DNA from: a virus
Lineage: Duplodnaviria; Caudoviricetes
DNA: 47,115 bases
Direction: 5' to 3' (one strand)
Virus record (IMG/VR): IMGVR_UViG_3300046795_000055
Span: 1-47,115 of that record
Below are positions 1 to 8,787 of this stretch, piece by piece (position 1 is the stretch's first letter; every line of letters starts with the position of its first letter). The translations under genes were made by a program, and so were the position numbers. Below the pieces are notes generated by a model, which did not search any database, was not told the DNA's origin, and worked only from the letters and a program-made list of their open reading frames with translations.

Positions 1-1455
1 CTCTGGAGGCGGAGTAGGAGCGATGCGCGGCGGCGGATAAGTGTTGGGGTCAATGTTGTAATCATACATCGGCCTCATTTTTTTCGGGTTACCCAAGCCT
101 TCCAGCCCGCCGGGTAACTGGTGGCTGTCACCACTTATGATGTTGTTAATGAAGTTAAGCCAATCCTGCTGGATTTCTCCGGCGTTTCTCTCCGGCGTTT
201 TAAGACCTAACTCATGGATGTTAGCAACATCCTGAACAGAGTATGGCTCAGGAGCAGGAGGAAGTGTCTCTTTCGGTGGCAGGATGCCTTTGTTCCATTG
301 GTCTTGGTACCACTGCTTCTGGCTAGGAGATAACGATTCCCATGTCGGTGGAGTTGGTTTGCCTTGGTAGATCTGCGAGATGTCATCGTGAATTCCCTGT
401 AACTGCTCTTTAATGATGTCTTCAGGCAGTTTTGTTCCGGGGCCAACATAAGGCGGAGGCACCTGGATGTCATTGGGATCAACGCCAAGGTGTGTCAGGT
501 ATTCCTGCACGATGGGATCGTCCATAGCTGAAGATGTTGGGCCAAGCTCCGGTGGCTTCTTTGGAGAATACCAGTCCCATCCATGAGCGGGGTCGCTCAC
601 GTACTCTTGTACGGTGTGCGGTGTTGGTTCAACCGGCATACCAAGTTGCTCTTTGATGTTGTTGATCTGCTGCTGAATAGCGTCTGATTCCTTCAGAAAT
701 TTCTGCTGCCATCCAGGGTTAGCATCCGCAATACCCCTTGGATATGGCGGCTCTTTGAACTCCATGCCTTCAATATCCAGCGGGCCTGTAGCTCCCTTGT
801 TTTGACCGGGAAGAAGTCCCCGGGTAAAAAGGTCTGGCCACTTATCCTCCGGTTTCTGCTGCGGAGCAGGCGGCTCAGGTACGTTTTTCCACCATCCAGC
901 GGATTGATCTTGCGCCCAGCCAGAATCACCAGGAGACGGCTTATATGAATCTTGGTACGGTGCGTCACCGCCAGAGTAAACACCGCCCGTTTTTGGCGGC
1001 AATTCCAGCCTTGGCTTTTTGAAGGAAACCGGATCGCCCCACCAGAATGGCCATCCGAACTCCGTCACCTTTTCGATTCCGCCTTTCAAGATTGAACCGG
1101 TCTGACGAGGCACTGCTCCCCTCGCGCCTCCCGGCGTGCTGCCTTTGCCCATGAATAACAACGGAGCAAAGGTGTCGATGAGGGGAAGGATGTCGCGCTT
1201 GAACTGTAGCGGATCGGAAGGTTCACGGGCCAGGGCAGGATCAAGCATTGCCAGAGGATCGGCCCCGGCCTTTCTCCAGACATGCGACCCGGCCAGCTCC
1301 GAAAATTCCTTTTCTCCCAGGATTGCCTTACCGGTGGTCATCCACCACGGATCTTCCTTCATGGTGTTCCACCACGGCGCGTAGCCGTTATGCCACTTGG
1401 AAGACCGGTCAAGCTCTGATTGCAGATTCGCTTGCGCCATTTCCGAGTCTGTCAT
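1..1455 (-). CDS. Pro-rich hypothetical protein, >485 aa, runs off window start (not in ORF track)
   Basis: Manual translation from ATG 1455 (MTDSEMAQANLQSELDRSSKW...) stays open to position 1 (...YPPPRIAPTPPPE); starts just after the stop of 1460..2248. Confidence 0.85.
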   Translation of the reverse strand, partial: MTDSEMAQANLQSELDRSSKWHNGYAPWWNTMKEDPWWMTTGKAILGEKEFSELAGSHVWRKAGADPLAMLDPALAREPSDPLQFKRDILPLIDTFAPLLFMGKGSTPGGARGAVPRQTGSILKGGIEKVTEFGWPFWWGDPVSFKKPRLELPPKTGGVYSGGDAPYQDSYKPSPGDSGWAQDQSAGWWKNVPEPPAPQQKPEDKWPDLFTRGLLPGQNKGATGPLDIEGMEFKEPPYPRGIADANPGWQQKFLKESDAIQQQINNIKEQLGMPVEPTPHTVQEYVSDPAHGWDWYSPKKPPELGPTSSAMDDPIVQEYLTHLGVDPNDIQVPPPYVGPGTKLPEDIIKEQLQGIHDDISQIYQGKPTPPTWESLSPSQKQWYQDQWNKGILPPKETLPPAPEPYSVQDVANIHELGLKTPERNAGEIQQDWLNFINNIISGDSHQLPGGLEGLGNPKKMRPMYDYNIDPNTYPPPRIAPTPPPE

Positions 1456-1459
1456 CGGA

Positions 1460-2248
1460 TTATGCGGCGTTGAAAGGTCGCTGCGGCAAAATGTTCGCTT
1501 GCGACAGGTTGGGCCTGTCGTTCATAATGCGAGCACGCTCCAGTTCGTACATGAGCTGCTGCAAACGATAAGCCTTGTCTAAATCGTCCGGTGTGTCGCC
1601 GCGAGTCGGCACTGGTGTCCGGAGACTATTCATCATCTCAAAGAGTTTACGGCCACCAGCCATCGGCTCCGGAAGGTCAACCTGCGCCAGCTTACCGCCT
1701 GAAGTGCGGGTCTCGTACACCTCCGGCATCTGCTCGTTGGCCGGTTCAGGGTAATGCCCCGGGCGTCGTGAGTTGAGTGGAAGCGGCCCGCGTTCGCCGG
1801 TGTCCAGGAAGTGCCCCAGGTTCAGGAAAGGAGGTCTTGGATATGGCGTCCCTTCAGGCTCGGGTTGCCCCGGGATAACCTGGGTGTTGCGCTCGCGCAG
1901 GAACGGCGCGTTTGGTGATCGAGGCATAGCCCTGAAACCTGGCGGTTCCGTGGCTAGGGAGTTCTTGATGCTTTCGATTAAGGCATTGAGGTCGATGTCT
2001 TCTGTTGCTGCTCCGGCGAAATCAATCGGGTTGATGGCCGCGTTCGACGCCGCCATTACGTTTCCGGGAGCATCCCGGCCGTACCGGGCAAGATCAGCCT
2101 CGACGTTTGAGTTAAACCCCGGGGGAGGCGTCGGTGCCTGTCTTTGGAGAAGTGGTGGGACGCCCAGCTTAGGGCGAAGATTTACGCTCCCAGGCGGAGA
2201 AGGGAGCTGCTGTTGAGCAATGTATTTTACCCATTCGTCGTATGTCAT
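1460..2248 (-). CDS. Pro-rich hypothetical protein, 262 aa, possibly virion-associated
   Basis: Long ORF tightly packed with neighbours; low-complexity Pro-rich composition. Confidence 0.8.
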   Translation of the reverse strand: MTYDEWVKYIAQQQLPSPPGSVNLRPKLGVPPLLQRQAPTPPPGFNSNVEADLARYGRDAPGNVMAASNAAINPIDFAGAATEDIDLNALIESIKNSLATEPPGFRAMPRSPNAPFLRERNTQVIPGQPEPEGTPYPRPPFLNLGHFLDTGERGPLPLNSRRPGHYPEPANEQMPEVYETRTSGGKLAQVDLPEPMAGGRKLFEMMNSLRTPVPTRGDTPDDLDKAYRLQQLMYELERARIMNDRPNLSQANILPQRPFNAA

Positions 2249-2302
2249 GGGAGTTTACTCCCAAGTCAGTACCGCACTGGCGGCTTGCTCTTTTTCTTTT
2301 TC

Positions 2303-2506
2303 TTAGCCACGGCTTTTGTTGGTGATCTTCGCTCCCTGGAAGTGCTTTCCGTGCTTCGGGCTGCCCGGCAACTGCTTGCCGGTGCCGGGATGGAGGCTCA
2401 CGCGGCCATAGGGCGGGACAGCAGTCGAAAGGCTGGAAGCTCCACCGGTGTTACGATTGCACCCGTATCCGCCTCCGAGTGCGTTTTTCTGCGATGTCGT
2501 TTTCAT
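2303..2506 (-). CDS. Small basic Gly-rich hypothetical protein
   Basis: ATG lies 8 nt downstream of a TTGACA-type promoter; first gene of the leftmost unit. Confidence 0.65.
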   Translation of the reverse strand: MKTTSQKNALGGGYGCNRNTGGASSLSTAVPPYGRVSLHPGTGKQLPGSPKHGKHFQGAKITNKSRG

Positions 2507-2514
2507 CGCTTCTG

Positions 2515-2543
2515 ATTAAGCGACTGCCCCGGGGCTTTGTCAA
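2515..2543 (-). promoter_or_regulatory. Sigma70-like promoter TTGACA-17-CTTAAT with GCCCCGGGGC palindrome in the spacer
   Basis: Minus strand TTGACAaagccccggggcagtcgCTTAATcagaagcgATG; perfect -35, weak -10. Confidence 0.55.
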
Positions 2544-2547
2544 CAGG

Positions 2548-2874
2548 TTATTTGATCTTCACCCAGACGCGGTTCATACCGGTGTGGCGATCAATACGCT
2601 CGCTCTTGACCGTTTTGCCAGTCCACCGGATGAATCCTGATTTGGCCAATCCGTTGAACCATGCGCCGACGACATTGTTCTTGTTCGGCCCCTCGTCGGG
2701 TAGGCCGACAGCTTTGATTAGATCGTCTGCGTGAAACTCGGTGCCGATAGGGAGCAGCATGAACCACCTGCCAGCGTCAACCTGCCATGAGTGAACGCGG
2801 GCCGCTCCGTAGGCTTTGTCCATGCCTCGCTTTGCTTCATCTTCGCCTTGCCCGAAATCAAATTCCTCTTTCAC
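2548..2874 (-). CDS. Hypothetical phage protein, possible winged-helix DNA binding
   Basis: NVVGAWF...GFIRWTG..KS.R..RH...VW pattern recurrent in phage proteins. Confidence 0.7.
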   Translation of the reverse strand: MKEEFDFGQGEDEAKRGMDKAYGAARVHSWQVDAGRWFMLLPIGTEFHADDLIKAVGLPDEGPNKNNVVGAWFNGLAKSGFIRWTGKTVKSERIDRHTGMNRVWVKIK

Positions 2875-2983
2875 GTTCGATGCGATCTAAGACGCGGTTG
2901 ATCTTTTTGCACTCACTTATGGCCTTTTTGTAGCCGCGAAGCACTCGGCGCATGTAAAGCCACTGGCGAATCCAGGCGATCAT
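2858..2983 (-). CDS. 41-aa hypothetical protein (MIAWIRQWLYMRR...)
   Basis: Manual translation; ATGA coupling with the 2980..3333 stop; fills the gap. Confidence 0.5.
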   Translation of the reverse strand: MIAWIRQWLYMRRVLRGYKKAISECKKINRVLDRIERERGI

Positions 2984-3333
2984 AACCCGAGAGTCTCCCG
3001 CGCCATGGCCAGCATGCTGCGGCAAGCCTCATAGCGGGCAAAGGTGGCTTCCCACTCAGCAATGGTGCCACAGGCATCGGCATAGTCTTTCTCCAACGCC
3101 TTGAATTTCTCAATGTAAGCGGGATTGGAACGTGCCAGCGTTTCGGACGCCGACACCGATTCACCGCGAGTGATGTATTTGACCTGCTCGGCTGCGAGCG
3201 CGTTCTTGCGCTGATCGGAGCTAAACTCTTTTACCTGCCGCGCCACGCCTACCAGTGCGGTCGTTTTTCGCATGGTGGCGATGCACTCCGTCATTCTTTT
3301 CTCGATGTCTCTTATCTCTTTGTCGTCGATCAT
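2980..3333 (-). CDS. Helical hypothetical protein, possibly a recombination mediator
   Basis: All-helical composition, close to the exonuclease; function is inference only. Confidence 0.7.
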   Translation of the reverse strand: MIDDKEIRDIEKRMTECIATMRKTTALVGVARQVKEFSSDQRKNALAAEQVKYITRGESVSASETLARSNPAYIEKFKALEKDYADACGTIAEWEATFARYEACRSMLAMARETLGL

Positions 3334-3505
3334 GGTCTTGTGCTTCGATTAGTAGTGTCTGGCAGTAAATCGGGTCTCGCCTACCAGTGTAGGCAGTGTG
3401 CGTATTCATTCGGGCATGTAGTCACAGTCCCAACAAAAGGACTTGTCAGGGTAAAGGTTGTCGTAGGCCGGACGGTGGAAGTGAATCAGGCAGTGCCACC
3501 ACAGT

Positions 3506-4429
3506 TTAATCCTTAGTTTCACTCGCATGTTTTTCCTTCCATTTCTTGTCGGCTTCCATACCAAAGTCGCAGTAAGTCTGCACTTCACAAAAGTCCAGGC
3601 AGCGCACTGGCTCTGCGGCGCGTTCCTCGATGTAAAATTTCTTGCTGTCCCCCGGGGGAGCGATCTTCATGGCATGTAACATGGCGGCCTCGGCCTGGTC
3701 TCGGTTCTGATACAACCTGATGGCTCGCTTGCGATCGGTGCGCATGACCGCGAAGTTGGCGTCGCGCTGCCAGCGTTCCCGTTTATTGCACACCGGGGGA
3801 TTGGCCATTTCAGCGCGATGCTTCTCGACGCGCTTACTGATGTACTCCTGCGCCTGTCCCACGCTCCACATGGGTAGCGGCATGACATGGACGGCGCACT
3901 TGGGGTAATCTTCCTTCGTGAACCGCGCCTTTCTCGCCTTCCAGTCTTTCAGAATGGCGATGTTAATGAGGCGTTGCGGCGTGAAGCTGTTCATCCGCAT
4001 CAGGAAAAGGTTGATGTTGGCCTGTTGCTCCCATTCCTCGGTGTCGCCAATCAGGAATTTCCAGACACTGGTTTCCTTCCAGTCGTAGAGAGTGTTGTCC
4101 TGCCTATCAAACAGGTCGATCTTGCCGCTGATGATTGCACCACCAGCCCCGGGCATTGTGGTTTCAAAGCGATGCTCCACCAGGTAACGAGCAGGGTTGC
4201 TCTTGGCGATGCGCTCAAGGACAACATGCTTGGTCTGGCCCTGGAACGCCCACACCCGGTCGGAAGCATCTTCCGACATCACGGATTCGTACTTTCGGGA
4301 GTAGGCCAGTATCCGGCTCGGCTTGATTAACTCCGTGCTGGTAAACTCGGCTTTGCCGCGTTCGTAGTCGTCGGAGGAAACAGCCGCCACGAATGGCTCT
4401 GGAAGGTTGAAGCGATTTGTTAGTTTCAT
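3506..4429 (-). CDS. PD-(D/E)xK (RecB/Cas4-like) exonuclease with probable 4-Cys metal cluster
   Basis: ISGKIDLF...LYDWKETS nuclease motif, QANIN helix, PPVC...RCLDFCEVQTYC cysteines. Confidence 0.85.
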   Translation of the reverse strand: MKLTNRFNLPEPFVAAVSSDDYERGKAEFTSTELIKPSRILAYSRKYESVMSEDASDRVWAFQGQTKHVVLERIAKSNPARYLVEHRFETTMPGAGGAIISGKIDLFDRQDNTLYDWKETSVWKFLIGDTEEWEQQANINLFLMRMNSFTPQRLINIAILKDWKARKARFTKEDYPKCAVHVMPLPMWSVGQAQEYISKRVEKHRAEMANPPVCNKRERWQRDANFAVMRTDRKRAIRLYQNRDQAEAAMLHAMKIAPPGDSKKFYIEERAAEPVRCLDFCEVQTYCDFGMEADKKWKEKHASETKD

Positions 4430-5373
4430 GCTGCTTTGCTTTCTGATACTGCGGGTTCAAGGATTCTGTAAATTTGTCGGCCACCTGCGTCCTGCCATTC
4501 CTTCGGCCCCACCCAGGTCGCCTTCACCCAGATGGTCTTACCCCGGGCATAACGGAAACGAGCTGCCCGCAGAGTACGGGAATGTCCTCTGCGGTTGTGC
4601 GCCAGACGCTTGATCTCGGCCTCGACGTCCACGGTGACCTTCGCGCCAGTCCTAACGGAAGCACTGTTGGCTGGATGTCCGTGGGCAATCAAAGTGAAGT
4701 GAGTCCGTGCCTTCAGCCATTCCACGCTACGGCCCGGCTGGTTGGGTTGCACCATGGCAATATGGTTGTTGGGAGCATTGGCGGAAAGATTGAACGCGGC
4801 CACTGATTTTAGCAAGCCATTGAGATAGGTGGCGCACATTTCTCTGAAAACAGGCATCTTGATGTCGTCGGCCATCTTCCATTTGTTAAAGAGTCCGAAC
4901 ATGAAATCGGGACTGCACTCAAAATTGGTAGAACCTGGATGCTCCTGCTTTACCTTGTGGACGAACACCCAGATAGGCAGTCCGTGCGACTTGGCTTTAA
5001 CGGCGTAAGTTTCCTCGGTGTGCAGCAGGTCGTCCACTCGGCCAAACACGGCCAGTCCATCAGGATAGTTAGCCACAAGTGCCTTGGCCTTATACCTGCC
5101 AAAGTGCGGCTTGTCGGTGTGGCCTACGTTGATGTCCAGCCGAAACACCGGAAAGGGAGTATGCTCAAAGCATTCCTCATTTTCGACGCCTTTGATAATG
5201 GCGGTCGTCTCGGCCTCATTGGAAGGCTCGTCATAAAGAAAGAGGGGGGAAGTTTCCCACTTGGGGAATAGCTCGCGCAGCTTGTCCAGGGCCGGGGTTT
5301 GCCCCATCAGGCGTTGCTGGATGTCGGCATAAGTCATTTCAGCGATCTTGTCGTTGAAAGTGACCGGGTTCAT
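4426..5373 (-). CDS. Hypothetical phage protein with C-terminal HxRRGH.R...IWV...VG motif
   Basis: 315-aa ORF, ATGA-coupled; the C-terminal basic motif is common in phage early proteins. Confidence 0.8.
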   Translation of the reverse strand: MNPVTFNDKIAEMTYADIQQRLMGQTPALDKLRELFPKWETSPLFLYDEPSNEAETTAIIKGVENEECFEHTPFPVFRLDINVGHTDKPHFGRYKAKALVANYPDGLAVFGRVDDLLHTEETYAVKAKSHGLPIWVFVHKVKQEHPGSTNFECSPDFMFGLFNKWKMADDIKMPVFREMCATYLNGLLKSVAAFNLSANAPNNHIAMVQPNQPGRSVEWLKARTHFTLIAHGHPANSASVRTGAKVTVDVEAEIKRLAHNRRGHSRTLRAARFRYARGKTIWVKATWVGPKEWQDAGGRQIYRILEPAVSESKAA

Positions 5374-5474
5374 AAAGTGGAGGCGGGGGTTGACTCACCG
5401 CTCGCTACCCATCCGCGATTGACTAGATTACGCGGCCTTAGCCTCGTCCGTGGTCGTCCCCCCGCCATATAGTG

Positions 5475-5702
5475 TTAGTTTCGTTCGTGAATTTCCCGCA
5501 GGTCTTTAGCGGCATCTGCCCGAATCGTGTCGGAGATATGCCGCAGCACTCCCGACAGATCTAGTAATGCTTCTGGCGGGCATTGGACGGAGAATCCCCA
5601 TCCCTTCTCGCCGTTAAAGACCATCACACACGCACCACCTGCTTTCGCCTGTTGGCGAACATAGGTGCATAGGTCGTCGTATTTCCCTGGGCCTAATGCC
5701 AT
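5475..5702 (-). CDS. Hypothetical protein (MALGPGKYDDLC...)
   Basis: Packed ORF in the leftward operon. Confidence 0.75.
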   Translation of the reverse strand: MALGPGKYDDLCTYVRQQAKAGGACVMVFNGEKGWGFSVQCPPEALLDLSGVLRHISDTIRADAAKDLREIHERN

Positions 5703-5703
5703 G

Positions 5704-6015
5704 TTATTCCTTTAGTTTGGTTTCCTCGGCCAGCTTGCGCAGAACCGCTTTGAGTTTCGCCATTGCGCTGTTAATGCTGTCCAGAAACTCGGCGAAGGCT
5801 TCGGTGCATTCCATTAGCCTCTGAGTGTTGCCAACATTGATGCTGACAGCCTTCTCCCAGTGCGCCTTCTGCCGCGCCAGGATTTCATTACGCGCTTTCA
5901 GATCGGTCTTGGACAACGCCCATAGCTCGTCAAAGCCAAGGTCGCCGTAGTGTATTTCGTTCATATCGGTGTCCATGCGGTTAAAAAAAGCGAAGATGTC
6001 TCCGACTCTTACCAC
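5704..6015 (-). CDS. Hypothetical protein
   Basis: Packed ORF in the leftward operon; start uncertain. Confidence 0.65.
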   Translation of the reverse strand: MVRVGDIFAFFNRMDTDMNEIHYGDLGFDELWALSKTDLKARNEILARQKAHWEKAVSINVGNTQRLMECTEAFAEFLDSINSAMAKLKAVLRKLAEETKLKE

Positions 6016-6272
6016 GGGTCAGTGCCCGCTACAGGGTCGTCACCTTCGCCCTTGGCTGTTTTCTTTCCTGCTCCATCCTTGGGCTTGAAGTATTTGCCGT
6101 TCCCGAGAATAGGCATCTTCTCGCCTTTCTCGCCCCTCTGTTTGACCATGTAGTCTCCGTATTCGGAGTCCGGTGTCTCAAACAGTACCAAGTCCATGTA
6201 GCGACCTTTCTTACCTTTGAAGAAACGGTCTTTATCGACCTTCTCGACGTTGACGTTAATTGAGATTGGCAT
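6009..6272 (-). CDS. Probable phage single-stranded DNA-binding protein
   Basis: KGKKGRYMDL...PILGNGK core seen in small phage SSB-like proteins; acidic/aromatic tail (DDPVAGTDPW). Confidence 0.6.
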   Translation of the reverse strand: MPISINVNVEKVDKDRFFKGKKGRYMDLVLFETPDSEYGDYMVKQRGEKGEKMPILGNGKYFKPKDGAGKKTAKGEGDDPVAGTDPW

Positions 6273-6474
6273 GTTCGGGTTCTTTCGTGGTTGGTTTGGG
6301 TTTAGTTACTTTGCGGTTACGCACCCTCTTGGGTTGGTATTTCGCAAATTCATCGAGCGTCTTAAAGACGACGCATTCTGCAACGTCTTTCGCGCTGATC
6401 GCCTTGTCGGAATTACCTTCCGGCACAAGCAGCCAGCCGTTTTGCGCCCGCCATAGTGTGTAGTTTGTTCTCAT
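6256..6474 (-). CDS. Hypothetical protein (MRTNYTLWRAQNGW...)
   Basis: ATG 6474 after an A-rich leader is preferred to the track's 6540 start, which lies inside the RNA element. Confidence 0.65.
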   Translation of the reverse strand: MRTNYTLWRAQNGWLLVPEGNSDKAISAKDVAECVVFKTLDEFAKYQPKRVRNRKVTKPKPTTKEPEHANLN

Positions 6475-6498
6475 AGTTTTTGTTGTTAAAAAAGGGAA

Positions 6499-6760
6499 TG
6501 CCTCCGGGCAGCAGCCGTGAACCCAAAAAGTACGCCGCACACGGCGTATTCCAGCATGTCTCCATACCGGATGGTTTTACCACGGATTTCGTCCAGCTTT
6601 GGTCTTTCAGTCATAAGCATTGAGTGTTTTCAGCTTCTCACCTTTTACACTTTCAGCTTTGAGTTTGGTTTGGTTTCAACACCTTTGCAGGGTGGTCGTC
6701 TTAAAGGACGAATCCTGTAATTTGTGTATGCGTTTCCTCTCTGTTTCGCTATCGAAGGCA
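6499..6760 (-). ncRNA. Candidate ~260-nt structured RNA with heptameric A-rich repeats
   Basis: 5' UGCCUUCG pairs with 3' CGGAGGCA; hairpins UCCGGUAUG-GAGA-CAUGCUGGA (GNRA loop), UACGCCG/CGGCGUA, UCGUC/GACGA inside CAGG/CCUG; central AAAGCUG-like repeats. Confidence 0.65.
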
Positions 6761-6765
6761 AATTG

Positions 6766-7317
6766 TTAAATTGTGGTTGTGGCGTTAATCAGGGACAGCC
6801 TACCGTCCAGATCGCCAAGCAGCTTCTCCACGGCCTCGCGTCGTTGAGCCAGCTCCTGCTCGTTGACGTTCACGATCAGCTCCTGAGCGTCGTTGTTATT
6901 CTGAATGGCGGCAGCCGCAGCGACCACGTTGACTCCCCGCTGTTGGGCGGAGCGTCTGGCAGTCTGCAACTGACTCCATAGCTGCATCAGATGTTGCTGG
7001 ATGCCCGGGGCGACTTCACGCCGCCAGATCAGCCACTCGTAAACAGTCATTTCCTGGCCGTCCAGGGCCAGCTTTGTGACCATGTTGGATTTCTGGATAG
7101 CGGTGCGCAGATCGACCAGTCGCTTTTGCAGGTCGCTTACGGCCTGATGTTCGCGCTTGATGTACTCCGCGCTGCCACCATCTTTCTCCATCGGGTCACG
7201 CATCCGGGAATCCCGGTAGAGATAGACCTGCAACTGAGAATTTTTGGTTTCAATGCGCTTGCCGATTGTCTTAATCTCGGCCAACGCTTCGGTGATAGTT
7301 ATGCTTTTATCGTTCAT
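6766..7317 (-). CDS. DIP1984-like (septicolysin-annotated family) long helical protein
   Basis: ITEAL.EIK...RI start, LR.AIQKSN..T...MTV.EWL middle, LD..LS..NATT end match my recollection of the family. Confidence 0.65.
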   Translation of the reverse strand: MNDKSITITEALAEIKTIGKRIETKNSQLQVYLYRDSRMRDPMEKDGGSAEYIKREHQAVSDLQKRLVDLRTAIQKSNMVTKLALDGQEMTVYEWLIWRREVAPGIQQHLMQLWSQLQTARRSAQQRGVNVVAAAAAIQNNNDAQELIVNVNEQELAQRREAVEKLLGDLDGRLSLINATTTI

Positions 7318-7324
7318 CGCTGCT

Positions 7325-7352
7325 AAGATACCAACCCGGTTGGAATTGTCAA
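7325..7352 (-). promoter_or_regulatory. Sigma70 promoter TTGACA-16-TATCTT (extended -10) with CCAACC-g-GGTTGG palindrome; leaderless start
   Basis: Minus strand TTGACAattccaaccgggttggTATCTTagcagcgATG. Confidence 0.7.
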
Positions 7353-7359
7353 AGGTTTT

Positions 7360-7626
7360 TTAATAATTTTTTGTGCTTTTGAATGTAATTATCCAAGTGG
7401 TGGGGGACAGCCGCGTCACTGTTGGTACTGCCGTTGTTTTGATGATGGTGGACTCCGGTTTGTGCGAGTCGTCACCGCTTGAAATCTCCATCCATGGATG
7501 ATCGGACATCTGGATTGGCGGATAGGGCACCAGCCACAGGTTCTGGGCATAGGTGAATGCGTTGTTCAACGCCAGTGTGACGAACAGGCACCACACCGAT
7601 ACCCGCAGTAATTCACTGAGGCTCAT
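7360..7626 (-). CDS. Small exported or membrane protein (MSLSELLRVSVWCLF...)
   Basis: ATG 7626 coupled to the 7623 stop; N-terminal hydrophobic helix. Confidence 0.6.
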   Translation of the reverse strand: MSLSELLRVSVWCLFVTLALNNAFTYAQNLWLVPYPPIQMSDHPWMEISSGDDSHKPESTIIKTTAVPTVTRLSPTTWIITFKSTKNY

Positions 7627-7946
7627 AACAGTTTCTTCAGCCTGATAGCTGATGGTGAAGGTGGCCCGGCATCGCAGTGATCTTTTGGTTTGCGCAGGTC
7701 TTTGGTGACGACATGCGCTCTGGCGATTTGGGCGTTCAGTACATCCCTGTCCATGGTGATGTAGGCTTTTTCCTCCGGGGTAGGGAAGCGCAGCGACAGA
7801 TCTTTGTTGAAGATCAGGGCCGCGCCGCAGTTGAGACATATCGAAATGTCTCCCTCACCCGGTTTGTGATCGTGGGTCATGCCGGAGGCGGCTTCAAAAC
7901 GGTAGCCGCACACAAGGCACTTGTTCCCCGGGGTTTCAGTGGTCAT
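7623..7946 (-). CDS. Zn-ribbon protein
   Basis: CLVCG...ICLNCG. Confidence 0.75.
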   Translation of the reverse strand: MTTETPGNKCLVCGYRFEAASGMTHDHKPGEGDISICLNCGAALIFNKDLSLRFPTPEEKAYITMDRDVLNAQIARAHVVTKDLRKPKDHCDAGPPSPSAIRLKKLL

Positions 7947-8227
7947 AGTTGTTTAAGGTGAGCATGCAGTTCCCTCTCCAGGACTGGACGCATGTTGCGC
8001 ATCACCAGTCGCGCAATGGTGCTTTCGCCACTGCGGTAGTCGCCAAGCCGCACTCCGGCCTTTCGCAGCCGATAGGTGACCTGACCTTTGGTGAGCTGAG
8101 TTTTGGATGAAATTGAGATAGCGGATTGTCCTAGTGACCCCAATAGCGCGGCTTCAAAGTCCGACTTATGGAGTCCGAAATCCACACGACGCGGCTTGCC
8201 TCTTGCGGCCATGAATGTCTTTTTCAT
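7943..8227 (-). CDS. Possible HTH DNA-binding protein
   Basis: ISSKTQLTKGQVTYRLRK helix-turn-helix-like pattern. Confidence 0.65.
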   Translation of the reverse strand: MKKTFMAARGKPRRVDFGLHKSDFEAALLGSLGQSAISISSKTQLTKGQVTYRLRKAGVRLGDYRSGESTIARLVMRNMRPVLERELHAHLKQL

Positions 8228-8787
8228 ACGCGATCGGCAAACTCAATGGCTTTGCGCACCACTTCGATGTTGCAGCCGCAGCGGGGGCAGAAGGTGACTG
8301 ACGACTGCACCACTGGTGCTGGTTTGGGTTTGGCTGGCTCAAGCGAGTGGTTCAGGGCCGCTTTCTGCTTGGCGTTGAATTTCCGGCGTCGTGCCAGTGA
8401 CCATTTGGGCATCGACATGCCTTTGTAGCCGCCGACCTTGCGTTTGACGTTGCCACGGTTCTCTATGAATGACTGCGGCCTGACCGCCATGCCTTTGCGC
8501 AGCCGGTACTTCCGGTTGTAGGCTCGTTTCTTGGCAAGCCGTTCTTCCTCGGTCTGCCTCTGTCCAGCGTTCCATGCAGGACGCCGCTTGCCCTTGAAGT
8601 TCTGGGTGGTACTCCAGCCTCTGCCGTGCATCCTGATGGTGTGCATCCGGATTGCTGGCCCGCTCTTAAATTCCTTGCCGCACTTGGGGCATGGAAACAC
8701 GGAAACGTCACCGGGTGGTGACTCGTCGGGTTGTGACTCCCTGGTTAGTATTTCTGTTAGTGATGGTACTTCGGTCTCAGCGTTCAT
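8224..8787 (-). CDS. C2H2 zinc-finger plus Zn-ribbon basic protein
   Basis: FPCPKCGKEFKSGPAIRMHTIRMH and C-terminal FCPRCG. Confidence 0.75.
   Translation of the reverse strand: MNAETEVPSLTEILTRESQPDESPPGDVSVFPCPKCGKEFKSGPAIRMHTIRMHGRGWSTTQNFKGKRRPAWNAGQRQTEEERLAKKRAYNRKYRLRKGMAVRPQSFIENRGNVKRKVGGYKGMSMPKWSLARRRKFNAKQKAALNHSLEPAKPKPAPVVQSSVTFCPRCGCNIEVVRKAIEFADRV

Noticed and set aside
3506-4429. Cas4-like nuclease as evidence of a CRISPR system
   Set aside because: No repeat-spacer array or other cas genes; solo PD-(D/E)xK exonucleases are routine in phages
6590-6680. A-rich repeats as a CRISPR or mini-array
   Set aside because: Units are ~7 nt, degenerate and have no spacers; treated as part of the RNA candidate
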